Positions 27,663 to 37,730 of a DNA stretch of 64,000 nucleotides are shown here, piece after piece. The translations under genes and the position numbers were made by a program. The notes beneath the pieces are model-generated. The model was not told the DNA's origin. It was given only the letters and a program-made list of their open reading frames with translations, and searched no databases. Source of the stretch: Polyangiaceae bacterium (lineage in GTDB: Bacteria; Myxococcota_A; Polyangia; Polyangiales; Polyangiaceae); the NCBI GenBank assembly GCA_044376115.1, contig JBILLK010000023.1:64001-128000 (forward strand), given 5' to 3'. How positions within the stretch are numbered: the stretch's first letter is position 1; the number at the start of each line of letters is the position of its first letter.

Positions 27663-28435
27663 AGTCTCGCTTGGTGGCCATCGCGCTCCTCGCGCTCGTC
27701 AGCGGATGCAAGCGGAGACCTCCACCGGATCAGCTCGTGGAAGACGGCTGGTCCGAGGTGCGTGCCGAGCTCTTGAACGGCAAACACTGCTTTGCTGAGG
27801 ACCCCGCTTATTGCATCACCGAACCAAGCTACGTCGACGTCGCGATCAAGCGGAGGCTGGACGACCTCTACGGTGGCGAAATGCCGCTGCGGCGCGCCCA
27901 CGTGGAAGCCACCAAGCGTGCAGCCGCGATCGCCTATAAGAAGCTTCAGCTCGCTCCGGCCGGGCTCGCGCTGATCGAAGCGACGATCGAGGAGCGTTAC
28001 CTCGAACCGGTGGTCAAGCTCAGCGAGCAGTCGGTGCAGGTCGACTTCGGCGTAGTACCGGGCAAACTCTCAGGCCACGGCGGCTCCTTGGAGATAACGA
28101 TGGATTCGAGCGAGCTCGCGCCAGGCGGTGAGTGGCTCGAGTCAGAGGCCCAACGTGCGCTGGCCCGCTATGCCCAGAAACATCCCGACAAACCGTTGGT
28201 GCGGGTGACGGTGAAGGTACCGACGAGCACTGGACTCGGGTCGTACGCTTATCACTATCAGCGACCGCAAAGGCGCTTGGTGGTGGTGGAGCCGTCTCAA
28301 CGTTTGCGTTTTGCTCCCGTGCTGAGCGACGAACAGCTGCGCTCGATTCCGATGAAACTGGGCGCGCTCACCGTTTGCCAATCAAGGCCAAGCGATGCGC
28401 GAGTTCCCGAGTGCAAGGTCGATCTCGATCTTTGA
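27659..28435 (+). CDS. Hypothetical lipoprotein
   Basis: GTG start overlaps the methyltransferase stop; lipobox VSG-C. Confidence 0.65.
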   Translation: MKSRLVAIALLALVSGCKRRPPPDQLVEDGWSEVRAELLNGKHCFAEDPAYCITEPSYVDVAIKRRLDDLYGGEMPLRRAHVEATKRAAAIAYKKLQLAPAGLALIEATIEERYLEPVVKLSEQSVQVDFGVVPGKLSGHGGSLEITMDSSELAPGGEWLESEAQRALARYAQKHPDKPLVRVTVKVPTSTGLGSYAYHYQRPQRRLVVVEPSQRLRFAPVLSDEQLRSIPMKLGALTVCQSRPSDARVPECKVDLDL

Positions 28436-28491
28436 GCGGGCTTCAACTGCTCTCTGTTGAACGCTGTTGGCACTCGGACTACATCGTCGCC

Positions 28492-29340
28492 ATGGAGCGA
28501 GCACACCTTTCCGTCGCCTGCGTGATGACCCTTGCCATGGCCTGCCGTGGGGCACCGCCGGAGGTGGGAGCCACGCCCGACCCGCAACTCGAGTCGATGA
28601 TCAACCAGCAGGCCGAGTCCGCTGCGCCTGGTTCGGTCATGGTCAATGAGGCCCTGTTTCGCGGCGTCGCCTATGACCGCGGAGAGTTTCAGGACTTCCG
28701 CGTCGAGCTGGTGAAGGGCAATTGCTACGTGTTCGTGGCTGCCTCCGATCAAACCGCGACGGCGCTGCACCTATTTGTTTGGGATCCGGAAGACAAGAAG
28801 GTCGCCGACGACAAGTCGAAGACGCGCGAGGCGCTCGCTCAGACCTGCCCCAAGCAAACGGGGACCTACAAGGTGCAGGGTAAAATTGCACGCGGTGCAG
28901 GTCACTTCGCGATTGGCGTGTTCGGGAAGGAAGCCCCGGAGGGCGCTGTGGCGGAGGCCGAGCCGGAAGCTCCGAAGGAGCCGGAGAAGGTCAAACTCGA
29001 CCTCGAGAAGATCATTAGCGAAGAAGCAGGCGCCGTAGCCCCGGGCACCAAGCAGGTCGGCAATTTCTACAACGGGACCTCGGCCAAGAGTGAGTTCTTC
29101 GTCGAGCTCGAGAAGGGCAATTGCTACTGGTTCATCGGCGCAGCACAGGCCGAGGTGAAGGACTATTACATCTACCTCTGGGACGAACAGAAGCGCATCG
29201 GTGAGACCAAGGCGGAAGGCAACAAGGCTCAGCTGGGTCACTGCGTCAAAGAGAGCGGCATGTTCCGCGTGCAGATGAAGGTGGACGACGCCAATGACAC
29301 CGTGAAGCTCGGCATCTTCGGAAAGAAGCAGAAGAAGTGA
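28492..29340 (+). CDS. Lipoprotein with two tandem beta-sandwich repeats
   Basis: Lipobox AMA-C; VELVKGNCYVF and VELEKGNCYWF repeats. Confidence 0.7.
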   Translation: MERAHLSVACVMTLAMACRGAPPEVGATPDPQLESMINQQAESAAPGSVMVNEALFRGVAYDRGEFQDFRVELVKGNCYVFVAASDQTATALHLFVWDPEDKKVADDKSKTREALAQTCPKQTGTYKVQGKIARGAGHFAIGVFGKEAPEGAVAEAEPEAPKEPEKVKLDLEKIISEEAGAVAPGTKQVGNFYNGTSAKSEFFVELEKGNCYWFIGAAQAEVKDYYIYLWDEQKRIGETKAEGNKAQLGHCVKESGMFRVQMKVDDANDTVKLGIFGKKQKK

Positions 29341-29666
29341 GCACGGCCGAGGCGGACTTCGAGAAGGCGGCCGACGCGACGCTGCGCTCGCTGCGAGATC
29401 AACTGGACGCGCTCGAGCTCGACGCGGAGGTGGAACTTTCGATGGGCATCGTCTCGGTCGAGTTCCCCGACGGCGCCAAGTACATCGTGAATAGCCACCG
29501 CGCCGCGCGCCAGATTTGGGTCGCTGCCGAGCGCACGGCTTGGCACTTCGACCTTGTTGGCGCCGCCTGGGTGGCAGCCAAATCGAACGAGGAGCTTTTT
29601 GCGACGCTGGCTAACGTGCTGCGCAAAAAGCTCGGTCGTGAGGTCCCGCTCAAGAGCGCAACCTAG
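29337..29666 (+). CDS. cyaY: Frataxin-like iron donor CyaY
   Basis: F..AD.TL, GIVSVEFPDG.KYIVN, RQIWVA, HF. Confidence 0.85.
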   Translation: MSTAEADFEKAADATLRSLRDQLDALELDAEVELSMGIVSVEFPDGAKYIVNSHRAARQIWVAAERTAWHFDLVGAAWVAAKSNEELFATLANVLRKKLGREVPLKSAT

Positions 29667-29721
29667 CGAGCGCGACAGAGGCAACTGGCCAGACGACGCT
29701 GCAGCTTGCTACCATCGGCAG

Positions 29722-30621
29722 GTGAGGTCGTTCGGCTGGTTTACCGTGCTCGCGTTACTGGCCATGCCGGGCCGCGCGAGCGCCTATTGCTTCACCAGCA
29801 CCTGCAAAGGTTTGGACATCTGCGACAGCGTCGAGATCCCGGACTGCACGCCTATTCGCTGGAGTAGCAATTGCGTCGGCTTCGTCGTCAACGACGCTAG
29901 CAAAGCCGGACTATCCACGAGCGATATTGAGAGTGTCGCCAATCGCGCCTTCGCGCGCTGGCGCGCCTCGGATTGTGGGGACGGTGCACCGCCGGGATTG
30001 CACGTGGAGTACATGGGCTTGGTCTCGTGCGACGTAGCTGAGTACAACCGCGACGCCGGCAACGCGAATCTGATCACCCTCACTGACAACCCATCGAACT
30101 CGATCACCGGGCATACCTTCGCGCTGACCACCACCTCGTTCGATCCCAACACCGGCGAGCTGCTCACCGCCGACATTGAAATCAACGTGCGCGATCACCA
30201 GTTCTCGGTCGGAGACGACACGGTGGAAGTGGACCTGGAGGCGGTGCTTACGCACGAGATCGGCCACTTCTTGGGGCTCGGCCACTCCGACGCGATCGAC
30301 GCGACGATGTATCCCTTCTACGAGCCGGGAACGACCGAGATCCGCTCGCTCTCGAAGGACGACGAGTCAGGGATTTGCGTGCTCTATCCGCCCAATCGCG
30401 AGATCGACTCGACCTGCAACCCGCTGCCGCGCCACGGCTTCTCGCCCGAGTGTCGCAGCAACCAAACCGAAGGCGGCTGCGCGACCACGTCCTCGCCCGA
30501 GAGCAAGCTGGGCTCTGGCATCGTTTCGGCGTTGGCGCTGCTCGCGGGGGTTCGCCTTCGGCGCAAGGCTCGTCGAGGCGCAGTTCTACAGGGCGAAGCG
30601 CGCACCCGTTTGCGTAAATAG
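29722..30621 (+). CDS. Matrixin (M10) zinc metalloprotease with a MYXO-CTERM tail
   Basis: HEIGHFLGLGHS, ATMYP Met-turn, GGC + TM helix + RRKARR. Confidence 0.85.
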   Translation: MRSFGWFTVLALLAMPGRASAYCFTSTCKGLDICDSVEIPDCTPIRWSSNCVGFVVNDASKAGLSTSDIESVANRAFARWRASDCGDGAPPGLHVEYMGLVSCDVAEYNRDAGNANLITLTDNPSNSITGHTFALTTTSFDPNTGELLTADIEINVRDHQFSVGDDTVEVDLEAVLTHEIGHFLGLGHSDAIDATMYPFYEPGTTEIRSLSKDDESGICVLYPPNREIDSTCNPLPRHGFSPECRSNQTEGGCATTSSPESKLGSGIVSALALLAGVRLRRKARRGAVLQGEARTRLRK

Positions 30622-31900
30622 CCCGATCGGCGTCACCCCGACCTGCAGGTCGATGAACAGCGAATCGGCGGGCCGAAAGGCGAAGCCGAACTGAGGCAGC
30701 GAAAGCCACGGGTAGACGGTGGGCCGAGTTCCGCCGTCCCCCCACCAGGGATCAGGCGCGCCGAAGCGATTGGCGTCCTTATCGAGCTGGTTGCAGTAGC
30801 GATAGCTGCCAGGCGGGTTGTTGGGCCCTTTGCACTTCTTGTAGTTCGCCGGGTCCCCCGGCTGCAGGTCCTCCGGGTAAGACTGCCAGCGATAGACCTC
30901 GCCGAAGAAACTCCAGCCGATGCCGAAGCCACCACCGATGCGGAACTCGACCGAGCCGCTATCGGTGATGGGAATGCGATAGAGGATGTCGAGCCCGAGC
31001 GTCATCGCCAGCAGATCGCTTTCGATCAGCTCCCATTCGGTGTCCGGGGTGCCCGCCGGTTTGAACGGGAAGGTGCCCGCACCCAAGCTGATAATCGAGA
31101 TGGAGGGCTCGAGATCGACTGACCCAAGCCGCTCGGAGTAGCGCACTTCCCCACCGGGGAAGAAGAAGGTCTGGCCGCCCTCTCCCAACGCGTTGACGAG
31201 GAATTGAGGCAGCAAGACCCCTCGCACTCCGAAGCCAAGCCAATGGGTGTTTGACTCGTCTTTCGGCGGATCGGAGGGCGGCGGCTTCTTGAGCGGAACC
31301 AGCGTCACCTTGAGCTCTTTGTCTTCGGCCTCGCTCGCCAAGACCGTGGCCTCGAAGTCGGCGAACCCCGCTGCGGTAACGGTAATTACCGTCTTTTCAT
31401 CGGGAGCGATGCGGAGCGGCTCGCTTGCGTCCTTGGTTACGCCGCCCACTAACAGCTCGAACGGCACCTCCGGAGTAACGGTGACCGTCACGCGAGGGAT
31501 GCGGGCGTCGAGACTTACGGCGTCGACCTTAGCCTGTGTGTGCGCTCGCCGGTCTTCCTTGGACCACGAGGAGCTGGGACTCTCAGCGGCTAGCGACTTC
31601 AAAATCTCGTGGGCGAGCAGCAGCTCTCCCAGCGCAACGTGACAGCCAGCGAGCGCTTGCGCCGTCACCGGACGATGCTGGCTACCTTCCGCGCTCTCGA
31701 GCACCGGCACAGCGGCAACACAGTCGCCCTCTTTCGCGAGCTTCAGCCCCTTTTTTGCGTCTTTTGAGAGCGGCTCAACCCCGGCCCAGACCACACCGGG
31801 AAGCACCAACAGCAGGCCGACGACGAGCCAGGCGCAACACGCGACCACGAAGCGCAGAGTGCGCGGCAGCCGCGGACGCTGAGCTTCAGACGGGGCTAAC
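30586..31900 (-). CDS. TPR/PEGA protein with a C-terminal outer-membrane beta-barrel (start approximate)
   Basis: Signal peptide, TPR helices, IPRVTVTV, amphipathic strands ending GARFAL. Confidence 0.6.
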
Positions 31901-31954
31901 CAGGGAGATGAAGTGGTAAACGAGGGCGAAATTGGGTTAACCTGCGCCCCTTCG

Positions 31955-33457
31955 ATGGCTGACACCGCACACGACCGCCCGCGAGTTCTCGTGGTCGACG
32001 ACGACCGCGCGATCCGGGAAATGCTTGCGGAGTTTCTCGACATGGAAGGCTACGCCGTGCGAGCGGCCGAGGACGGTGTAGCCGCCGTCTCGGAACTCGC
32101 CCAGAAAGACTTCGATATCATCATCAGCGATTTGAAGATGCCACGAATGGGTGGCATTGCCCTGCTTGAAGAAATTGGTCGGCAGGCGCCCTCGGCGGTG
32201 ACGGTGATCATGACCGGTTTTGGCACGGTCGAGACGGCGATCGACGCGATGAAACGCGGAGCCTATGACTACCTGCTCAAGCCGTTCAAGATGGACGAGG
32301 TCGTGCGGGTGCTCAAGCGCGGACTCGACAAGCGACGCATGGCAGCGGAGAACCTGCGCCTGCGGGAGGCCGTGTCGCTCTACAAAGTCAGTGAAGCCAT
32401 CGCTGCCAGCCTTTCGCTCGAGCAGGTCCTCGAGACGCTCTCCGACAGCTGCATCCAGGAAATCCGCGCGGATCTCGCGTCAACGTGGCTGGATAACGGC
32501 GAGGGTGGCTTGAGTGAGCGGTTGCAGGTCCGCGGGCCCAACGTTCAGGCCGAGTTAACGTTGGGAACGCTGAATGAAGGGGCAATCGAGGCTCGGCTAC
32601 GCAGTGAAGGTCAGCTGCTCGAGCAAGGCGCCGCAGGCATGCGTTTCTTCGCTGAAGAGCCGCAATCCCCGCTGATCTCGTTCATGGCGGTGCCGCTCAA
32701 GATGCAAAAGCGCAGCTCCGGCAAGGAGAGCCTCGGGTTTGTGGCGCTGTCCTCGTTCTCGCCAAACCATCGCTTTGACGAAGGGCAACGCAAAATGCTC
32801 AGCATCGTGGCTTCGCGCGCCGCCGCAGCGATTGAGAACGCCAAGCTGTACGAGGACCTACAAGGCACCTTCCAGCAGACGATCGAAGGGCTCGCCAAAG
32901 CCATCGACAAGATGGACCAATACACGGCAGGCCACTCCGATCGCGTAGCGACCTATGCGGTGGTGTTGGCCCAATCGATCGGCCTTGGCCCGGAAGAGAT
33001 CGAGATCGTGCGGCAGAGCGCGCTCATGCACGACATCGGCAAGATCGGCTGCGTGCTGAACCTGAACAAGCCCGGCAAGCTCACCGTCGACGAGTACGAG
33101 GCGTTCAAGAAGCACCCGCTCTACGGCAAAGACATCCTCGAGCCGATCAAGTTTTTGCACCCGCTGATTCCGGGGGTGCACCTCCATCATGAACGTTGGG
33201 ACGGCCGCGGCTACCCGCTCGGGCTCGCAGCCAACGACATCCCGATCATCGCGCGCATCATCTCGATCGCCGACACCTACGACGCGATGACCAGCGATCG
33301 CTCCTACCGTCGCGCCTTGCCGCACGCCGTCGCGCTCGCCGAGATCAAGCGCTGCTCCGGCTCACAGTTCGATCCGGATGCTGCGCGCGACTTCTTCGCC
33401 GCGATGGCCGAGTTCCGCGAGGCGGAGGCGGCCTCCGGTAAGAAGGTCCTGGGCTAG
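31955..33457 (+). CDS. REC-GAF-HD-GYP cyclic dinucleotide phosphodiesterase
   Basis: Receiver domain; GAF ending AAAIENAKLY; HSDRVA, HDIGKIG, HHERWDGRGYP, DTYDAM. Confidence 0.92.
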   Translation: MADTAHDRPRVLVVDDDRAIREMLAEFLDMEGYAVRAAEDGVAAVSELAQKDFDIIISDLKMPRMGGIALLEEIGRQAPSAVTVIMTGFGTVETAIDAMKRGAYDYLLKPFKMDEVVRVLKRGLDKRRMAAENLRLREAVSLYKVSEAIAASLSLEQVLETLSDSCIQEIRADLASTWLDNGEGGLSERLQVRGPNVQAELTLGTLNEGAIEARLRSEGQLLEQGAAGMRFFAEEPQSPLISFMAVPLKMQKRSSGKESLGFVALSSFSPNHRFDEGQRKMLSIVASRAAAAIENAKLYEDLQGTFQQTIEGLAKAIDKMDQYTAGHSDRVATYAVVLAQSIGLGPEEIEIVRQSALMHDIGKIGCVLNLNKPGKLTVDEYEAFKKHPLYGKDILEPIKFLHPLIPGVHLHHERWDGRGYPLGLAANDIPIIARIISIADTYDAMTSDRSYRRALPHAVALAEIKRCSGSQFDPDAARDFFAAMAEFREAEAASGKKVLG

Positions 33458-33461
33458 CTTC

Positions 33462-34313
33462 GTGGACGCGCCGATCGAAGGGGCCAAAGCGGCGGACGGC
33501 GCAAAGCTAGCCCGTCCAGTTCGCCGGACCGCAGCAGCGTTCTACCTGGGCCGTCGCAAGTACGGTCCCATTCATGAACTGCAAGCGTCGCTGCAAGCGG
33601 CGGTCATTCGCAGCGAGCTCTCCGACGTTGTGCTGCTGCTCGAGCACGAGCCGGTGGTCACCCTCGGACGCAGCGCGAAGCAAGCGAACGTCCTCTTTTC
33701 GCGCGCTTCACTCGAGCAGCGCGGTGTGGACTTGGAGGAGACGGGGCGCGGCGGAGATGTGACGTTTCACGGGCCGGGCCAGCTCGTCGGCTACCCCATC
33801 GTGGATCTGAGGCCCGATCGTTGTGACCTGCGACGCTATGTGGCCCGCCTCGCCGAAGTGATGGTGCTGATCGCGCGAGACCACAACGTCGAGGCTGGCA
33901 CGGTCGACGGGCTCATCGGAGTTTGGGCCGATGCCGAGGAGCCCACCCGCTGGGCCACGGCGCCTTGGGCGGGGCGGCTATCGAAGATCGGGGCGATCGG
34001 AGTGCGCGTCTCGCGCTGGGTGACCATGCACGGCTTTGCGCTCAACCTCGACGTCGATCTGGCGCAGTTTGGGCTGATTGTTCCGTGCGGAATCAGCGCG
34101 CATCCCGTGACTTCGCTGCGTGAACTCGCGGGCCAAACCCCGGGCGTGAGGCAGGTGGCGATGAACCTCGATCGGCACCTTGCCTGGGCGCTCGATCAGC
34201 CCGTTGCCCCCGTGACGGATCTGTCGCAGCTGCCCACCTCCGAGCTCTTTCGAGAGATCGCTTCTGCCGCGCCTGCTGCTTTGAAGAGCGACGCGACTGA
34301 GCTCGTACCATGA
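33462..34313 (+). CDS. lipB: Octanoyltransferase LipB
   Basis: LEHEPVVTLG, RGGDVTFHGPGQLVGYPI, KIGAIG, HGFALN, IVPCG. Confidence 0.95.
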   Translation: MDAPIEGAKAADGAKLARPVRRTAAAFYLGRRKYGPIHELQASLQAAVIRSELSDVVLLLEHEPVVTLGRSAKQANVLFSRASLEQRGVDLEETGRGGDVTFHGPGQLVGYPIVDLRPDRCDLRRYVARLAEVMVLIARDHNVEAGTVDGLIGVWADAEEPTRWATAPWAGRLSKIGAIGVRVSRWVTMHGFALNLDVDLAQFGLIVPCGISAHPVTSLRELAGQTPGVRQVAMNLDRHLAWALDQPVAPVTDLSQLPTSELFREIASAAPAALKSDATELVP

Positions 34314-34519
34314 GCAAAGGACGGGGGCCGCTGAGCGAGCGCAGTCTCTCGACTTTGTGCCCCCGATGTGGAGGGCAGGCCCGCGAGCGCCGCCAGCCCA
34401 CGGCGAAGAACCCGTTCTTGGCGCCGAAGGACGCGCTGGTTTGCAGCTTGTGCGGCCTCGACTACGAGCCGGGAGCTCCAGCGTGGGTTCCGACTCCACC
34501 CTCCCCCGCCAAAGACTGA
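34310..34519 (+). CDS. Small zinc-ribbon protein, 69 aa
   Basis: CPRC and CSLC pairs; ATGA overlap with the lipB stop. Confidence 0.55.
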   Translation: MSKGRGPLSERSLSTLCPRCGGQARERRQPTAKNPFLAPKDALVCSLCGLDYEPGAPAWVPTPPSPAKD

Positions 34520-34524
34520 CGCAC

Positions 34525-36612
34525 GTGAACGTCGAAGCGCGCTCGCTATCCAAAGCTGCTCCAGGATCGCTATGGCGGTCCGCATCGTTCTTTGCGCTGC
34601 TAGGACTTTCGGCGACCGCATTTGCTGCACCGGAGCTCTCGCTGCGCCGAGCAACCGAGCACGCGCGAACATGTTTGGCCGCGGTGGAAGCTCCGCGTGG
34701 GGCCGCGCTGCCGGATTGCTCCCCGATCCTGCGCGAGTTCGATTGGAGCGCGAGCATCAACTACACCGAGCACGACTCCACCTACCGGATCGAAGAGCTC
34801 CGCGGGCGCCTGGCGATGAACCGCTACCTCTCCGCGATGATCGGCAGCCCGAACGCCGATGAACGTGCGGATGCAGCCTTAGACGTGAAGGAGGCGCAGG
34901 AGATGATGGACGCTGGCTCGCGACGCGTGTCGCTCGAACAACTCGGACCGCCGGTGCTCGCGCCGCACATGGGCAAGCTCGCCTCGCTTTACGGGGACCG
35001 ACTCACGCTGATCGACCATTTCGAATACTACGGGCTGTGGCATACGCGGCGGGATGCGCTCGAAGCCGCGCTGCTCGAGGCCGAGTTCGACGAGGTGGAC
35101 CGCATCGCGCATCAGCTCTCCGAGTGGCGTATTCGCGAGGCCGATCTGCGCAGTGCAGCCGGTGCTGCCTTGTGTATCACCGCCCCCTCCGAGGGCTTGG
35201 CGCTGCTCTCGACCATACCGGAAACGCGCGCAGAAAAGCGTTACGCCAACATCCAACGCAACTACGGCGAAGTCTTCGCAGCCGCCAAAGCCTGTGCCGC
35301 CAAAGCGGGTGCGCCGCCACCTGAAAAGCCCGACAGCTACGGAGCCGGCATTCTCGACGCGCAGGCGCAGAACGCGCTCACCGATCTGCGGCTCGCGCAG
35401 GACGAGCCAGCGCACAATCGCGCGCTCGATCATGCCCTGAGCGCACTGAGCGTGAATGAGGCGCTACCGCCCCGCGGCCGAGCCTTTCTGCTCGCCGCCG
35501 TCCTCACGCACGTGAGCACTCCGCCCAGGCGAGAGGACGTTCTCGTGTGGGCCCAACCAGCGAGTGGCGAAGCGGCCTTCGCGCCCGAGGTACTACGCGT
35601 GGGAGCGCTGCTCGCTGAAGGGCCAGCGCTCAACCCTACCCTACCAACCGAATGGCTCGAGTTCGCGTGCGTGCGGCTGGACGCCATCGTGGCAGCCGAG
35701 CAAGCCCTCGAAGAGAAGAAACGTCTGCTGCAGTTGGCGGGCGGAATGCATCTGCACACCGCCGCGGAATATGCCCGAAACGGGGCGGCTGACGCCGCCG
35801 AACGTCATGCCACCCTCGGCGCCGAACGACTAGTGAGCTCGCCCAAGGCCAAAGCGCTGAGCGTCGCGAGCGCGCTCTACGTCGCGGGGGCGGCGAACCG
35901 CGCGCTGGCCGTGCTCGAGACCTCGGCGAAGGAGAACGAGAGCAACCCGCGCATCGAACAGGCCTGGACAACGCTTTACGTGTTGCTACTCCAGCGCAGC
36001 GGCAACCACGAGCGAGCGCAAGCGCTGGCGAAGACGTTGGCCTCGATGACCAGCGAATTGCTCACCGCGCGTTCCGGCCAAGCGTTGCCCACGCTCGATG
36101 AGCTCGACATCGAGGCCGCGTGGACCGCGCTCGCAATCTCCGCCGATAGCCTGGCGCGGTTCGAGCTGCCGGCTCCGCCGACTCCCGTCTGGCAAGGGCT
36201 TGCAGATAGCCAACGGCGTCACCTCGCGCGCGGAGCGCCGTTCATTCGCGCCGAACTAGGCGCGTGGCAACGAGCGCTTGGAGCCGATGACGGCCAGCGG
36301 CGGGCGTTCCGTTACCAATTGATGAGCACACGCGGCGACATGTTGGCGTTGGGCATTCCGCTGATGCTCGCTGGGGGAAAGCTGCTCGCGAACGACGCGG
36401 ATCCGAGCGCGGTCGAGGTCTGGCTCGACGCGCTGACGACGATCGACAGCCGCCGCATTCGGCTTCGTAGTTACGCCTTCATGCGCATGGAGGCCGCCGC
36501 CTTGCGCGGCGACAGGCTGCATGCAGAGCTGTGGGCGGAGCGGCTCTCGGTGTTGCGCAAGGTTGCATCCCAGACCGACGACCTCGAGGTCGCTCGCTTG
36601 TTGCGCCTCTGA
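34525..36612 (+). CDS. Large secreted alpha-helical hypothetical protein
   Basis: Signal peptide ending AFA; Ala/Leu-rich helical composition. Confidence 0.65.
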   Translation: MNVEARSLSKAAPGSLWRSASFFALLGLSATAFAAPELSLRRATEHARTCLAAVEAPRGAALPDCSPILREFDWSASINYTEHDSTYRIEELRGRLAMNRYLSAMIGSPNADERADAALDVKEAQEMMDAGSRRVSLEQLGPPVLAPHMGKLASLYGDRLTLIDHFEYYGLWHTRRDALEAALLEAEFDEVDRIAHQLSEWRIREADLRSAAGAALCITAPSEGLALLSTIPETRAEKRYANIQRNYGEVFAAAKACAAKAGAPPPEKPDSYGAGILDAQAQNALTDLRLAQDEPAHNRALDHALSALSVNEALPPRGRAFLLAAVLTHVSTPPRREDVLVWAQPASGEAAFAPEVLRVGALLAEGPALNPTLPTEWLEFACVRLDAIVAAEQALEEKKRLLQLAGGMHLHTAAEYARNGAADAAERHATLGAERLVSSPKAKALSVASALYVAGAANRALAVLETSAKENESNPRIEQAWTTLYVLLLQRSGNHERAQALAKTLASMTSELLTARSGQALPTLDELDIEAAWTALAISADSLARFELPAPPTPVWQGLADSQRRHLARGAPFIRAELGAWQRALGADDGQRRAFRYQLMSTRGDMLALGIPLMLAGGKLLANDADPSAVEVWLDALTTIDSRRIRLRSYAFMRMEAAALRGDRLHAELWAERLSVLRKVASQTDDLEVARLLRL

Positions 36613-36617
36613 TCAAG

Positions 36618-37730
36618 ATGGCTAAACGATGCACAGCTTGCCTTGCCCTTGCGCTGCTCACGGCCTGCGCGCCGCTGCGACTCGCGGATGAGCGGGTCCA
36701 GCAGCCGTTCGCCGATCTCACGCAAGCTGACGCGGCGCTCGAGCAAACGGTGTTGCGTTTTGGCAACGCCGCCTCACCTCGCGAAGGCACAATCCATGTG
36801 CGCGAGGTGCGGACCCGCGCCTTGCTTGGCAAAACTCGCCCTGTGCTGGTGCTGCTGAATGGCGTCTTCAGTGACGGGAGGACCTGGCGCTTCAACACCG
36901 CGCTCTTGGCAGAGCGCTTCGATCTTTTGGTCGTTGATTTGCCGGGTACCGGACGCAGCGTAGGGACCGAGCCGGACGCCCAACCTGACGACCAATTCAC
37001 CTTGGAGTGGGAAGGAGCCCGAACCTATCGGGCGCTGGCGGCATGGCAAGCGCAGCATCAGGAACGAAGGCCGCTCGTGCTCGTGGGCCACTCTTACTCC
37101 GGCGCCGTCATCCTGCGCATGCTCGGTCGACCATCGCTTCGCGAGCAGTTCGCCCAAGAGCGGGCGCTCATTCGCGGAGCGGTGTTGATCGCCTCCGCGG
37201 ACGTCGGCACGGCTGCCTGGAGCCAGACGCTGGTCGAGCTGGCGAAGCTCTCCGAAGCCGAGGTCGCGCTTGGGGGTGCGCTGGGAGTGCTCGAATCCCG
37301 GGTGATCGCTGGGATTGAGAGCGGCGTTGAACGGCCCGGGGAGTCGGCCCTCCAACAGGAGGCCGAGCGCATGATTGGCGCGCTCACCGACCCGGATCGC
37401 AGACGCTCGAGCCAGCTGATGCTGCGCAGGATCCGCCCGGTGGATGCCGATGATCGTCCCATTGCAGCGCTCACCCGCGAACTCTCGCGCGACCACGAAC
37501 GCGTCGACGTTCCGACGTTGCTGCTCTGGGGTCGCAACGACGACACGCTCACGCTCGCCACCGCTCGCAAGCTCAACGCCGAAATCCCCAACTCGAGGTT
37601 GCAGATCGTCGAGGAAGCGAAGCACTCGGTCCATCAGGAACAGCCGTTTGCGACGGTGGCAGCGATTCGTGAGTTCGTCGATTCGCTCGAAGCCGGGCTG
37701 CCCGATGCGCCCGCGCCGAAGGCGCCGTGA
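36618..37730 (+). CDS. Alpha/beta hydrolase lipoprotein
   Basis: Lipobox LTA-C; DLPGTGRS, GHSYSG nucleophile elbow, WGRND, KHSVH. Confidence 0.88.
   Translation: MAKRCTACLALALLTACAPLRLADERVQQPFADLTQADAALEQTVLRFGNAASPREGTIHVREVRTRALLGKTRPVLVLLNGVFSDGRTWRFNTALLAERFDLLVVDLPGTGRSVGTEPDAQPDDQFTLEWEGARTYRALAAWQAQHQERRPLVLVGHSYSGAVILRMLGRPSLREQFAQERALIRGAVLIASADVGTAAWSQTLVELAKLSEAEVALGGALGVLESRVIAGIESGVERPGESALQQEAERMIGALTDPDRRRSSQLMLRRIRPVDADDRPIAALTRELSRDHERVDVPTLLLWGRNDDTLTLATARKLNAEIPNSRLQIVEEAKHSVHQEQPFATVAAIREFVDSLEAGLPDAPAPKAP

Noticed and set aside
28468..28484. TGGCAC-containing sigma-54 promoter candidate
   Set aside because: The -12 position reads AC instead of GC and it lies too close to the start codon
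30586..30621. 36-bp overlap of convergent genes
   Set aside because: Explained by a non-conserved extension after the MYXO-CTERM basic tail
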